Positions 34,417-43,477 of a stretch of DNA of 54,081 nt are shown piece by piece. The position numbers were made by a program, and so were the translations under genes. Under the pieces are notes generated by a model, which saw only the letters and a program-made list of their open reading frames with translations, was not told where the DNA came from and did not search any database. Source of the DNA: an uncultured Bdellovibrionales bacterium (GTDB taxonomy: Bacteria > Patescibacteriota > Minisyncoccia > Moranbacterales > UBA1568); the NCBI GenBank assembly GCA_964404075.1, contig CAYOIM010000001.1, positions 1 to 54,081 of the forward strand. The letters run 5' to 3'. The first letter of the stretch is position 1. Every line of letters begins with the position of its first letter.

Positions 34417-35518
34417 TTCTTTTTGAAAATGTAGTCGCGACTTCTTCCGCACACCGCTCCCAGCTGAATCGATCCACATTACGACTTCCTTTCGCTATTA
34501 TACCATCTCGAAAAACACCATCTGAAAGCACTTTCCAGATTCCTTCCGCGATAGCTTCCGAATTCATCGGATTGACGGAAACCGCCCCATCGCCAGCCAC
34601 TTCCGGCAGGGACGAGGCATCCGATGTCACCACCGGCACACCGACCGACTGCGCTTCCAATATCGGTATGCCGAATCCTTCATACAGGCTCGGAAACACG
34701 AATACACCGGCATGCCTCAATAATTCCCACTTCTCCTCCCCTGAAACATAGCCGAGTTCCACAACTGCATCTCGATATTTGATATTTGATATTTGATATT
34801 TGATATGGTCATACCCATACCCTCTCTTCCCCGCCAAAACCAACTGGTGCGGTATCCGATATTTTTCTTTCAGAATACCGAAAGCCTCGATAATCCGCAC
34901 CACATTCTTCCGCTCCTCCAATCTCCCGATGAATAAGAGGTATTTTGTATCTAGTATTTTGTATTGAGTATCCGATACTGGATATTTGATATTTGATATT
35001 TGATATTTGATATTTTGTTCATATCCTTCATATATCACCCGTATCTTTTTCTCCGATACGCCATACCATCTCATCAAGTTGGATTTCGTATTCTCTGACA
35101 CCGCGATTACTGTACTCGCGACGCGACAGGAGAATCGAATCGAGAGTCGCATATACCACCGATCAAGGAGCGAGTACGACTCAGGACAAAATTCATATTC
35201 CAAGCCATGTATGGTCACGACCGTTTTCCGCGGATGCAGAAGCGGCACCGTATGCGCCGGCACGAACAGGACATCCACGGGGTGGAGGAGCACCTCCAGG
35301 GAGAGCCGCGCTTGTGTCCACAATCTCGGCGACCACAATCGCTTCACCCGCCATGCTCTCGGCAATTCGAAATCAATCGTCTGCTCCGGTCGGATATATA
35401 AAAAAACCGATTCTTCCGATAAAGAACCGCGCAGATGCTTGATCACCTGATACGAGTACTCCTCGATGCCGGTCCGTTCCGGAAGGAATGCCCGCGATGC
35501 GTCGATACCGATTAACAT
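34403..35518 (-). CDS. Glycosyltransferase family 1 (GT-B, GT4-like) carrying two in-frame heptamer arrays
   Basis: MLIGIDASRAF...; FPSLYEGFGIPILEAQSVGVPVV (E-x7-E). The insertions NIKYQISNIKY and HIKYQISNIKY are encoded by the (ATATTTG)x4 arrays. Confidence 0.8.
   Translation of the reverse strand: MLIGIDASRAFLPERTGIEEYSYQVIKHLRGSLSEESVFLYIRPEQTIDFELPRAWRVKRLWSPRLWTQARLSLEVLLHPVDVLFVPAHTVPLLHPRKTVVTIHGLEYEFCPESYSLLDRWYMRLSIRFSCRVASTVIAVSENTKSNLMRWYGVSEKKIRVIYEGYEQNIKYQISNIKYPVSDTQYKILDTKYLLFIGRLEERKNVVRIIEAFGILKEKYRIPHQLVLAGKRGYGYDHIKYQISNIKYRDAVVELGYVSGEEKWELLRHAGVFVFPSLYEGFGIPILEAQSVGVPVVTSDASSLPEVAGDGAVSVNPMNSEAIAEGIWKVLSDGVFRDGIIAKGSRNVDRFSWERCAEEVATTFSKRNERK
34775..34802 (-). repeat. 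Heptanucleotide array (CAAATAT)x4 in coding sense, inside the GT1 gene
   Basis: The plus strand reads (ATATTTG)x4. In the gene's sense it is the same repeat unit and the same copy number as tsaD 2996-3023. Confidence 0.9.
34982..35009 (-). repeat. Second (CAAATAT)x4 array inside the same GT1 gene
   Basis: The plus strand reads (ATATTTG)x4 followed by ATATTTTG. It is preceded by GTATTTTGTAT-type repeats (34940-34975). Confidence 0.9.
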
Positions 35519-35520
35519 AG

Positions 35521-35622
35521 CCTACGAATTACAAATCTTGTACAAACATACAAATTCTACGAATGATCCCAAACGCTTCTCACTGTAGAATACATTCGTG
35601 TATTCCATTCGTAATTTGTAGG
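35521..35622. repeat. AT-rich long-range hairpin between mreB and GT1
   Basis: CCTACGAATTACAAAT (35521-35536) pairs with ATTCGTAATTTGTAGG (35607-35622): 16 positions, with one G-U and one A-C. The interior is built of shuffled TACGAAT/TACAAAT words. Confidence 0.7.
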
Positions 35623-35623
35623 A

Positions 35624-36637
35624 TTACTTCCCCATCATAATGCTCCGCTTGTACACCTCGAGGTTCTCGAGGACGAGTCCGGTCCCCTTCACGACGCAGA
35701 ATGCCGGATCATCCGCGAGATAGCATGGCACCCCGATCGTCTTCGCGATCAGTTGATCGAGATACCGGAGTTGCGAAGTTCCTCCGGAGAGGATCATCCC
35801 CTTGTCCATGACATCCGCCGCCAATTCCGGAGGCGTTTCCTGGAGCACCTGCTTGATGACATTGATGATTTCCCGGAGCTCATCCTGGATGGCTTCCGTC
35901 ACTTCATTCGAGGAAATGGTGATCGTCTTCGGCAATCCCCCCATGAGATCCCGCCCCCGGATATCCATGTGATCATCCTTCACCTGGACGATCGCCGAAC
36001 CGATAGTGATCTTCACATCCTCCGCGGTCCGATCACCGATCGCGAGGCTGTATTTCCGTTTGATATAATCCGAGATCGCCTGATCGATACGGTTCCCTCC
36101 GACCCGAGCCGATGCGGATGCCACCACTCCACCGAGGGAGATGATCGCTATTTCCGAGGTGCCGCCACCGATATTGATAATCATATTCCCCTGCGCCGCA
36201 TGGATCGGAATGCCCGCACCGATGGCCGCGAGAATCGGTTCCTTCACCACATAGGCAGTCCTCGCCCCCGCCTTCAGCGCGGCATCGATGACCGCGCGTC
36301 GCTCGGTCGAAGTCACGCCCGCGGGGATGGAGAGCACCACTTCCGGACGAAAGAAACGGAACTTCCCGCTCACCTTGCCGATGAAATACCGGAGCATCGC
36401 CTCGGTCACTTTATAATCCGCGATCGCGCCGTCACGGAGCGGCTGTGACGCGACGATACTGTCCGGCGTCCTCCCGAGCATCTCCTTCGCCTCGTTGCCG
36501 ACCGCCAAGACCTTGTTCTCAAACAAAGAAATCGCCACGACCGACGGCTCATTGATGACGATGCCCTTCCCCGGAACGAAAACGAGCGTATTCGCCGTGC
36601 CGAGGTCGATGCCAATTTTCCGTACGAAGAAAGCCAT
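35624..36637 (-). CDS. mreB: Rod shape-determining protein MreB
   Basis: IGIDLGTANTLVFVPGKGIVINEPSVVA and NIGGGTSEIAIISLGG, actin-fold phosphate motifs. Confidence 0.9.
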   Translation of the reverse strand: MAFFVRKIGIDLGTANTLVFVPGKGIVINEPSVVAISLFENKVLAVGNEAKEMLGRTPDSIVASQPLRDGAIADYKVTEAMLRYFIGKVSGKFRFFRPEVVLSIPAGVTSTERRAVIDAALKAGARTAYVVKEPILAAIGAGIPIHAAQGNMIINIGGGTSEIAIISLGGVVASASARVGGNRIDQAISDYIKRKYSLAIGDRTAEDVKITIGSAIVQVKDDHMDIRGRDLMGGLPKTITISSNEVTEAIQDELREIINVIKQVLQETPPELAADVMDKGMILSGGTSQLRYLDQLIAKTIGVPCYLADDPAFCVVKGTGLVLENLEVYKRSIMMGK

Positions 36638-36743
36638 AGACCGAAAATACCAAATATCTAATACCTAATTCCTAATGAAATTCCCCATCCATTCATTTTT
36701 TAATTTAGATTCAAGATTTTTATTAAAAATTAGGAATGAGGAA

Positions 36744-38021
36744 TTATTTATTTATTCGTGTGATATCCGCACCGATGGCACGGAGTCGTTCCTCGATTCG
36801 TTCATACCCCCGATCCACCTGGTAGATATCCTCGATGACCGTCTCACCCGATGCGATGAGAGCGGCGATGATGAGCGAGACTCCCGCACGCAGATCATAG
36901 CTCTTGATCGTCGTTCCGCGGAGCTGAGTCTTGCCGCGAATGATGACCTGATGTGGATTGAGCACGGTCGCCCTCGCCCCCATCTTCTCGAGTTCCGGAA
37001 TGTAATGGAATCGCCCCTCGAATATCGTATCGAAGAGGAGCGTCTCCCCCTCGGCCTGCGTCGCGAGCACCCCGAACGGCGCCTGCACATCACTCGGAAC
37101 GCCGGGATAGGTACGCGTATCGATCTTGTTCACGCTCCGCAATCCTCCGCCCGGCAAAATCGTGATCGAGCTTTTCCCGATGCGGAAATCGGCGCCGAAT
37201 TCCCGCAACTTTTCCAATACGAGGTCGATATGCTCTTCGCGGACATGCCGCACGGTGAGCTCGCTTCCCGTGGCCACTCCGAGAATAAGGAAGGTCGCCG
37301 CCTCGTTCGCATCGGGAATGATCGTATGCGCCGCCCCGCGGAGCCTCTTCGCCCCCGTGATCTCCATCGTATGCGTTCCGAGTCCGTCGATCTTCGCCCC
37401 CATCGCGATGAGGAACTTCCCGAGATCCTCCACATGCGGCTCGGTCGCCGCGATCTTGAGGACAGTCTTCCCGGGCATGCCGGCCGCGAGCATCATGGCA
37501 TTCTCCGTCGCGGTCACCGACATCTCACGGAGAACCACTTTCCCCGCTTTCCGTTTTTTCGCATCCACCTCATACCGCTTCTCTTGCTGGGCAATGCGCG
37601 CACCTAGCTTCTCCAATGCGTCGAAATGCGTCCCGATCGGTCGCGCGCCGATCACGCAACCACCCGGATGATAGAGAGAAAACCGATCGAAACGGGCCGC
37701 GAGCGAACCGAGGAGGAGAATGGAAGAGCGGATCTTCTTCACTTTCTCGACATCCATCTTCTTCGGATCGATGTCATCATTCGTGATCGCTATCGTCCGC
37801 TTGCCGCGCCATTCCACCTTCGCCCCCATGCTCTGGAGGATCTCGATCATACGGAACACATCCTCGATGAGAGGGAGATTCGAGAGGATACAAGTCTCCT
37901 TCGTGAGGAGCGTCGCCGCGAGTATCGGTGTCGTCGCATTTTTCGATCCATAGACCGGAATCGATCCGGAAAGCCTCTTCCCTCCGGAAATACGGAATAC
38001 TTCCATAGACAAAAAATCCAC
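36744..38021 (-). CDS. murA: UDP-N-acetylglucosamine 1-carboxyvinyltransferase
   Basis: FRISGGKRLSGSIPVYGSKNATTPILAATLL...; EPSP-synthase/MurA fold repeats; PGVPSDVQAPF. Confidence 0.9.
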   Translation of the reverse strand: MDFLSMEVFRISGGKRLSGSIPVYGSKNATTPILAATLLTKETCILSNLPLIEDVFRMIEILQSMGAKVEWRGKRTIAITNDDIDPKKMDVEKVKKIRSSILLLGSLAARFDRFSLYHPGGCVIGARPIGTHFDALEKLGARIAQQEKRYEVDAKKRKAGKVVLREMSVTATENAMMLAAGMPGKTVLKIAATEPHVEDLGKFLIAMGAKIDGLGTHTMEITGAKRLRGAAHTIIPDANEAATFLILGVATGSELTVRHVREEHIDLVLEKLREFGADFRIGKSSITILPGGGLRSVNKIDTRTYPGVPSDVQAPFGVLATQAEGETLLFDTIFEGRFHYIPELEKMGARATVLNPHQVIIRGKTQLRGTTIKSYDLRAGVSLIIAALIASGETVIEDIYQVDRGYERIEERLRAIGADITRINK

Positions 38022-38069
38022 TGTTTATTCTCCCAGTATAGCCGAAAAAATCCGATGAATCAATGAAAA

Positions 38070-38094
38070 AAATCCCTTTTAATCGGGATTTTTT
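38070..38094. terminator. Bidirectional terminator downstream of the CAP-domain gene
   Basis: AAATCCC (38070-38076) / GGGATTT (38085-38091), with an A-run upstream and a T-run downstream. Confidence 0.55.
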
Positions 38095-38234
38095 CTGTGT
38101 TTCCGCCGGAGCAGAGAGCTTCCGGTCGGGGCAAAACGAAGAATTTCGCTTTTCTTGTGCCAGATGAAGTCCATAAAAATGGATCGGTGTTCGTTGTTCC
38201 TCTATTCAGTTTTCAAGGTACTTCGTGAAACCGA

Positions 38235-38301
38235 GGGGTTCCCGTACGATATGCTGATTTTTTGTATGTATGTGGATACCAGCATATCGTACGGATTCCC
38301 C
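38235..38301. repeat. Long unique hairpin just 3' of the CAP-domain gene
   Basis: CCGTACGATATGCTG (38242-38256) / CAGCATATCGTACGG (38280-38294) is a perfect 15-bp stem, extended by GGGGTT/ATTCCCC. The loop is AT-rich and 23 nt long. No T-run follows on the minus strand. Confidence 0.7.
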
Positions 38302-38313
38302 TCCCGAAAAAGC

Positions 38314-39045
38314 TCACCATTTCAACCGCCGACCATGCATCGACAGCGAGAACACGACCACCACCCCCGACAGTTGCGCGATGGCGAGGAGGATGAGGAG
38401 AGAGAGCCTCATGACATCGGTTTTGTAATGGACAACGGTATCGGAGAGGAATGCCGATACGGAACCGATGATCCCCCCACGCGTACCACTTGGCATCGAA
38501 GTACCGAGTACGGATGGATACCGTTTCGGACACGAGACGCTCCCCTCCTGCGAAAGATTCAGCGTATGCTCATCCGTCATCCGCGTTCCGAACATCTGCA
38601 CGGCGACCGTCGTCTCTTTCCCCTCGAATATCATCGGACGCACCGCGATCCCGATCTCACGATACTTCGGACTCAGGATATTCTCGCAATGCTTTCGACT
38701 CTCCATCCAAGCGCGCTCCTGCGACGCCGCATCATGAAAATGAATGGCGAGATTCTCCCCGGCATATCGATATTCGTACTTCGCTTTCCGAAACCAATCC
38801 CAGGGCGTCACCCCATCTGGCGAGGTATGGGAAAAATACTGTTCGGAAGCCATATCATCCGCCTTCGCCTCGGCCGCCTGATCCAAGAGAGGATTGCGAA
38901 CGACACTCGAAAGCCCCGCCTGCTCGCGCTCTTCGTTCACCAGGGCAACAACCTCGTCCGGCAGAATCGCCGCAAAAGAGGTCAATCCCTGACACAGGAG
39001 ACCGATCGTACACACAAGGGCAATTGTTCGTATTGTGTTTTTCAT
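38314..39045 (-). CDS. Secreted CAP/SCP (YkwD-like) domain protein with C-terminal TM
   Basis: Signal peptide, then VNEEREQAGLSSVVRNPLLDQAAEAKADDMASEQYFSHTSPDG...YAGENLA...H CENIL, typical of the CAP superfamily. Confidence 0.75.
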   Translation of the reverse strand: MKNTIRTIALVCTIGLLCQGLTSFAAILPDEVVALVNEEREQAGLSSVVRNPLLDQAAEAKADDMASEQYFSHTSPDGVTPWDWFRKAKYEYRYAGENLAIHFHDAASQERAWMESRKHCENILSPKYREIGIAVRPMIFEGKETTVAVQMFGTRMTDEHTLNLSQEGSVSCPKRYPSVLGTSMPSGTRGGIIGSVSAFLSDTVVHYKTDVMRLSLLILLAIAQLSGVVVVFSLSMHGRRLKW

Positions 39046-39139
39046 ACGCAGAGATTGTGGCTCAAATAAAGAAAAAACGGATCCCGCTGAGGCACCCGTT
39101 TTCTATATTGATACATCTATTATAGCATGGAAAACGCTC

Positions 39140-40072
39140 TCAGTCAATCTCCCTCCCCTGATGGCGGACGAAATCATACGCGGAGAGCGCGGCGACCACA
39201 CCATCCCCCGCGGAGATATTGTTCTGTTTGTAGGGTGCATCGGTGGCATCGCCCGTCGCAAAAATCCCCGAGCGTGAAGTCGCTTTCGTGCGGTGATCGA
39301 TCAGAATTTCACCCCTTTGGTTCAGCGCAACGAATCCCTTCACGAATTCCGTATTCGGCACCATACCGATCTCGACGAACACACCATCGACCGCAAGGTC
39401 ATGCGTCTCATCGCGCGCCTTGTCGAGATACCGGAGACCCTCGAGCTTCGTCTCACCGAGTATCTCCTGTGCGAGCGCGTTATACACCACCTTCACTTTT
39501 TCCGAAGCGAGAATCTTGTCCTGTGTGATGGCGTCGCCCTTCAATGACTCCGAGCGGACCATGAGGGTGATGCCTGACGAGTACGGGAGGAGATCTTCGA
39601 CCGCTTCGAGTCCGGAATTTCCCCCACCGACCACGACCGTTTTCTTATTGCGGAAAAAAGGTGCGTCACAGGTCGAACAAAAAACGACTCCCTTGCCGAC
39701 AAACTTTTCCTCGCCCGGGATTTCGAGGTGGCGATGCCGTCCGCCGGTCGCGATGATGATCGCCTTCGTCTCATACTGCGAACCATTGGTCGCGCTCACC
39801 ACATAATGACCCGCCTCTCCGGTGACGCCACTCGCTTTCACCCCGGAGACGATCTCTATGCCTTCCTGCGCACGCAAGTGCTTCTCCAGTGACTGCGCGA
39901 ATTCCCAGCCAGTGATAGAGATAGTGCCGATCCAATTCTCGATACCCGCCGAAACGGTCGACTGTCCGCCGAAACTCTCCGTGAGGAACAGGGTCTTCAT
40001 CCGCTTCCTCGAGGCATAGATCCCCGCGGCTATCCCTCCCGGTCCCCCACCGATTACGATGACATCATACAT
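39140..40072 (-). CDS. trxB: Thioredoxin-disulfide reductase
   Basis: ORF 39140..40087 (TTG). ATG at 40072 gives MYDVIVIGGGPGGIAAGIYA. Redox CxxC is CSTCDAPFF. The second dinucleotide motif is VVVGGGNSGLEA. Confidence 0.9.
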   Translation of the reverse strand: MYDVIVIGGGPGGIAAGIYASRKRMKTLFLTESFGGQSTVSAGIENWIGTISITGWEFAQSLEKHLRAQEGIEIVSGVKASGVTGEAGHYVVSATNGSQYETKAIIIATGGRHRHLEIPGEEKFVGKGVVFCSTCDAPFFRNKKTVVVGGGNSGLEAVEDLLPYSSGITLMVRSESLKGDAITQDKILASEKVKVVYNALAQEILGETKLEGLRYLDKARDETHDLAVDGVFVEIGMVPNTEFVKGFVALNQRGEILIDHRTKATSRSGIFATGDATDAPYKQNNISAGDGVVAALSAYDFVRHQGREID

Positions 40073-40195
40073 ACAAAATAATTTCAAAACTTAAATTTCA
40101 AATATCAAATAAAATAAAAATTCCAAATAACTAAAAACATACTGTATTGTAAAGCCCTTTTTTTGGTATTTGTCATTTGAACTTTGGTATTCGCG

Positions 40196-41431
40196 CTATG
40201 CGCGACCCCGATCCTTCATCGCCTGGGCGACCTTCTTCACCGCAAGCGCATACGCCCCCATGCGGACACTCGTATTATAGCGTTCTTTCTCGTTCCAGAC
40301 ACCCTCGATGGCCGTCTCCATCTTCTCCCTCAATCTTTCCCGGACGACCTCCTCGGTCCAAGAATAATTGATGGCATTCTGCACCTGTTCGAAATACGAG
40401 ACCGTCACCCCGCCGGCATTGGCGAGGATATCCGGAACGACCGTCACCCCCATATCGAGGAGCATCTCTTCGGCTTCAGGCGTCGTCGGACCATTCGCGA
40501 TCTCGATGATAAGCTTCGCCTGTATCAGATGAGCGTTCTCCTTCCGTATCGCATTCTCGAGCGCGGCCGGAACGAGGATATCCGCGGGCACCGTGAGCAC
40601 CGCCTCGCTTGGCAGTTTCTCACAATCGATGCAGGTCCGGAGATTGCCAGTCGTTTTCTTGTGCGCATCGATTTCCGGAACATCGAGACCCTCGCTTCGA
40701 TAGATCGTCGATTTCGAATCGGCGAGAGCGACGACGCGGTATCCTGCCGCGAAGAGCAGTTTCGCCAGATGTCCGCCTCCATTGCCGAATCCCTGTATCG
40801 CCACGGTCGCATTTTTCGGAAGATGGAGTTTCGCCGCCGCTTTTTCCAAAACATAAAATGCACCCTGTGCCGTCGCGGTATCACGACCGAGGGAGCCGCC
40901 AAGAGAAAGTGGCTTCCCCGTAATCACTCCGGGCGAAAGATGCCCCCGCATTTTCTCATACTCATCGAGCATCCACCCCATCACACGGCCATCCGTCGAG
41001 ACATCCGGTGCCGGAATATCGATATGATCCCCGATGAATGGCGCGATGGCTGACGCATACCCGCGGGAGAGCGCTTCCAATTCACGGGACGAGAGGGATT
41101 TCGCATTAACGATGACCCCTCCCTTGCCACCGCCGAGCGGGATATCGACGACCGCCGTCTTCCAAGTCATCCACATCGACAATGCCCGCACCTCATCGGC
41201 GGAAACACCGGGGTGAAAACGGATGCCACCCTTGTACGGACCGCGGGCATTATTGTGCTGTGATCGGAATCCGGTGAACACCCTCGTCGTGCCGTCATCC
41301 ATACGGACCGGTATCGCGACCTCGAGAAACCGCTCCGGCACACGGAGCCTCTCATAGATATTCGGATCTACCCTCAGGATCTCCTGTACCTCATCCAACT
41401 GCGACTGCGCCGATTGAAAGGGATTGACCAT
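40196..41431 (-). CDS. gdhA: Glutamate dehydrogenase (Glu/Leu/Phe/Val dehydrogenase family)
   Basis: GFRSQHNNARGPYKGGIRFHPGVSADEVRALSMWMTWKTAVVDIPLGGGKGG. Confidence 0.9.
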   Translation of the reverse strand: MVNPFQSAQSQLDEVQEILRVDPNIYERLRVPERFLEVAIPVRMDDGTTRVFTGFRSQHNNARGPYKGGIRFHPGVSADEVRALSMWMTWKTAVVDIPLGGGKGGVIVNAKSLSSRELEALSRGYASAIAPFIGDHIDIPAPDVSTDGRVMGWMLDEYEKMRGHLSPGVITGKPLSLGGSLGRDTATAQGAFYVLEKAAAKLHLPKNATVAIQGFGNGGGHLAKLLFAAGYRVVALADSKSTIYRSEGLDVPEIDAHKKTTGNLRTCIDCEKLPSEAVLTVPADILVPAALENAIRKENAHLIQAKLIIEIANGPTTPEAEEMLLDMGVTVVPDILANAGGVTVSYFEQVQNAINYSWTEEVVRERLREKMETAIEGVWNEKERYNTSVRMGAYALAVKKVAQAMKDRGRA

Positions 41432-41435
41432 ATAA

Positions 41436-41693
41436 TTATTTCATTCGAAAGAGACTTTTGAGATACGCTTCATCGATCTGCTTCTTCCCGCTCCATTTGC
41501 ACGCGACATCATTCCGGAGGAGCTCGACGCCGAGCACAGCTACTGCCTCCCGCACCGCCGAAATCTGCGCGATGATATCGAGGCATTCCCTCCCTTCCTC
41601 GATCATCTTCCGCACTCCGTGGAGCTGTCCCTCGACCCGGGCGACCCGGGCGATGATCCGATCCTGTCCGGACGCCGCTTTTTTCCGTACCAT
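41436..41693 (-). CDS. CsoR/RcnR-family (DUF156) transcriptional repressor
   Basis: ORF 41436..41882, trimmed to ATG 41693: MVRKKAASGQDRIIARVARVEGQLHGVRKMIEEGRECLDIIAQISAVREAVAVLGVELLRNDVAC... The conserved Cys is in RECLD and the second Cys in DVAC. The usual His four residues before the second Cys is Asn here. Confidence 0.8.
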   Translation of the reverse strand: MVRKKAASGQDRIIARVARVEGQLHGVRKMIEEGRECLDIIAQISAVREAVAVLGVELLRNDVACKWSGKKQIDEAYLKSLFRMK

Positions 41694-41714
41694 ACTCTCT
41701 TGACATAAAAAAAT

Positions 41715-41731
41715 ATACCCACCAGGGGTAT
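41715..41731. promoter_or_regulatory. CsoR-type operator candidate
   Basis: ATACCC-ACCAG-GGGTAT inverted repeat, 22-38 nt upstream of the repressor's ATG. It resembles the GC-core TACCC...GGGTA operators of CsoR-family repressors. Confidence 0.6.
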
Positions 41732-41778
41732 GATAGGACGAACGAGAAACGGCGTCAAGTGCCCAGACGATGAGACCC

Positions 41779-43371
41779 CTACCACGGGAGCCAGGACTGC
41801 CTACGACGCAGGACGCGCCCTGACCGAATACCCGAAAACCGTCCGGAAAGGAGCACTGGACTGCCATTGACGACCACATCATGGATGCCGAGCGGGTACT
41901 GATAGGGGTTCTCCGCCGTCGCGATATCGATAATCCGTTCCGGATCGAAGACGACGATGTCCGCGAAATATCCTTCCTGAAGGAGCCCCCGCTTTTCCAA
42001 ATGGAAAACCTGTGCCGGCTTCCCCGTCATCTTGTGTATGGCCTCCTCGAAGGAAAGGAGTTTCTCATCGCGCACATACCGGCCGAGCACCCGCGGGAAT
42101 GTCCCGAAATTGCGGGGATGCACCTGATCTCCCGTTTCCTTGTGATCGATCGAGTATCCGGATCCGTTCGAAGAAATGATGGAGAATGGGTGTCGGATAC
42201 CATGGCGCATATTGTGATCCGAAATCGCCTCGATCGAGATGATCGCCCGTCCATCGCTTCCAAGAAGCACATCGATGATCACTTCCTCGGGGGATTTCTT
42301 CTGCATGGCGGCGATATCGACGATATGACGCCTCGGCATCATCTTACTGAGCGACGAAGAGAGGATCGTCATCGTCGTATAATCATTCCCCGACCGTCTC
42401 ACCTCCTCCACGACCTTGTTCCTCACCCGCACATCGCGGAGCTGTCTCAGCATCACCTTCCGTCCCCCTTCCGTCACCCAGTCCGGAAGGAAGGTATAGA
42501 GTACCGATCCGGTCGTAGTATACGGATAGATATCGAAACTGATCGGGAGTCCTCCGCTCGCGGCCGCTTCGATACAGTTGAGCGCCTCCTCGAAGAGATG
42601 CCAGTATTTCTGTCCGCTCGCCTTCAGATGGGAAATATGGAGACCGATCTTCGTTTCCTGCGCGGTACGGATCGCTTCCTCGACGGACTCCACGAGTCCA
42701 TCGGATTCATTGCGGAGGTAAGTCGAATAGACGCCACCGAAATGAGCCGCTGTCTCCGTGAGATCCATAATCTCGCTTCCGGTCGCGCTCTTCGCATGCG
42801 TATACCGGAGTCCCGTGGAGAAACCGATGGCGCCTTCCTTCATCGCGCGCGAGAGGAGGTGTTTCATATCATCGATATCCCCCTGCTGAACCGGTCGATT
42901 CACATCGCCGAGCACTCCGCGACGGAGCGTTCCGTGGCCGACGAGCGTCGCGAAATTGATCGTGAGACGCTTTTTTTCCAATGCCTCCAAAAATTCCTTC
43001 ATGGACAGCCAATTGAAGGAAATCTTTTCCACATCGGTCCATTTCTGGATGGATCGTATCGTCTCGTGCGTCACGAATGGAGCGAGTGAAGAGCCGGCAT
43101 TGCCGCCGATGATCGTCGTCACACCCTGACGGAACATGCTCGGGAGTTCCGGATGTGAGAGAAGTTGCCAGTAGACATCGGAATGATTGTTCACATCGAT
43201 GAATCCCGGAGCGACATACCGCCCCGACGCGTCGATCACCTGCGGTGCGGCTTCACGGGAGAGGTCCCCGATATGCGCGATGGCATCCCCTTTGATGCCG
43301 ATATCCGCCCGAAACATCGGCTTCCCTGAGCCGTCGATCACGGTTCCGTTTTTGATAAGGACATCGTACAT
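41779..43371 (-). CDS. Amidohydrolase-superfamily protein, N-acyl-D-amino-acid deacylase-like
   Basis: ORF 41779..43431 (GTG inside a repeat), trimmed to ATG 43371: MYDVLIKNGTVIDGSGKPMFRADIGIKGDAIAHIGDL...VIDASGRYVAPGFIDVNNHSD. Confidence 0.75.
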   Translation of the reverse strand: MYDVLIKNGTVIDGSGKPMFRADIGIKGDAIAHIGDLSREAAPQVIDASGRYVAPGFIDVNNHSDVYWQLLSHPELPSMFRQGVTTIIGGNAGSSLAPFVTHETIRSIQKWTDVEKISFNWLSMKEFLEALEKKRLTINFATLVGHGTLRRGVLGDVNRPVQQGDIDDMKHLLSRAMKEGAIGFSTGLRYTHAKSATGSEIMDLTETAAHFGGVYSTYLRNESDGLVESVEEAIRTAQETKIGLHISHLKASGQKYWHLFEEALNCIEAAASGGLPISFDIYPYTTTGSVLYTFLPDWVTEGGRKVMLRQLRDVRVRNKVVEEVRRSGNDYTTMTILSSSLSKMMPRRHIVDIAAMQKKSPEEVIIDVLLGSDGRAIISIEAISDHNMRHGIRHPFSIISSNGSGYSIDHKETGDQVHPRNFGTFPRVLGRYVRDEKLLSFEEAIHKMTGKPAQVFHLEKRGLLQEGYFADIVVFDPERIIDIATAENPYQYPLGIHDVVVNGSPVLLSGRFSGIRSGRVLRRRQSWLPW

Positions 43372-43413
43372 AGTTGAAGAAGAGATGAGAGAGTAGAGAT
43401 GAGAGAAGGTGAG

Positions 43414-43465
43414 TTTTTTTACAGCGGACACACCGCTCCAAAAGCGAAATGACCGTTGTAAAAAA
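43414..43465. repeat. ACAGCGG-type palindromic (REP-like) element
   Basis: TTTTTTTACAGCGGACACACCGCTCCAAAAGCGAAATGACCGTTGTAAAAA, 43 nt upstream of the amidohydrolase ATG. Confidence 0.8.
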
Positions 43466-43477
43466 TAAGAAACAAAA

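Noticed and set aside
41694-41882. The 148-aa version of the CsoR-like ORF.
   Set aside because: Family members are about 85-100 aa. The upstream 63 codons cover the operator and promoter region and the 3' flank of the neighbouring gene. ATG 41693 gives a canonical-length protein.
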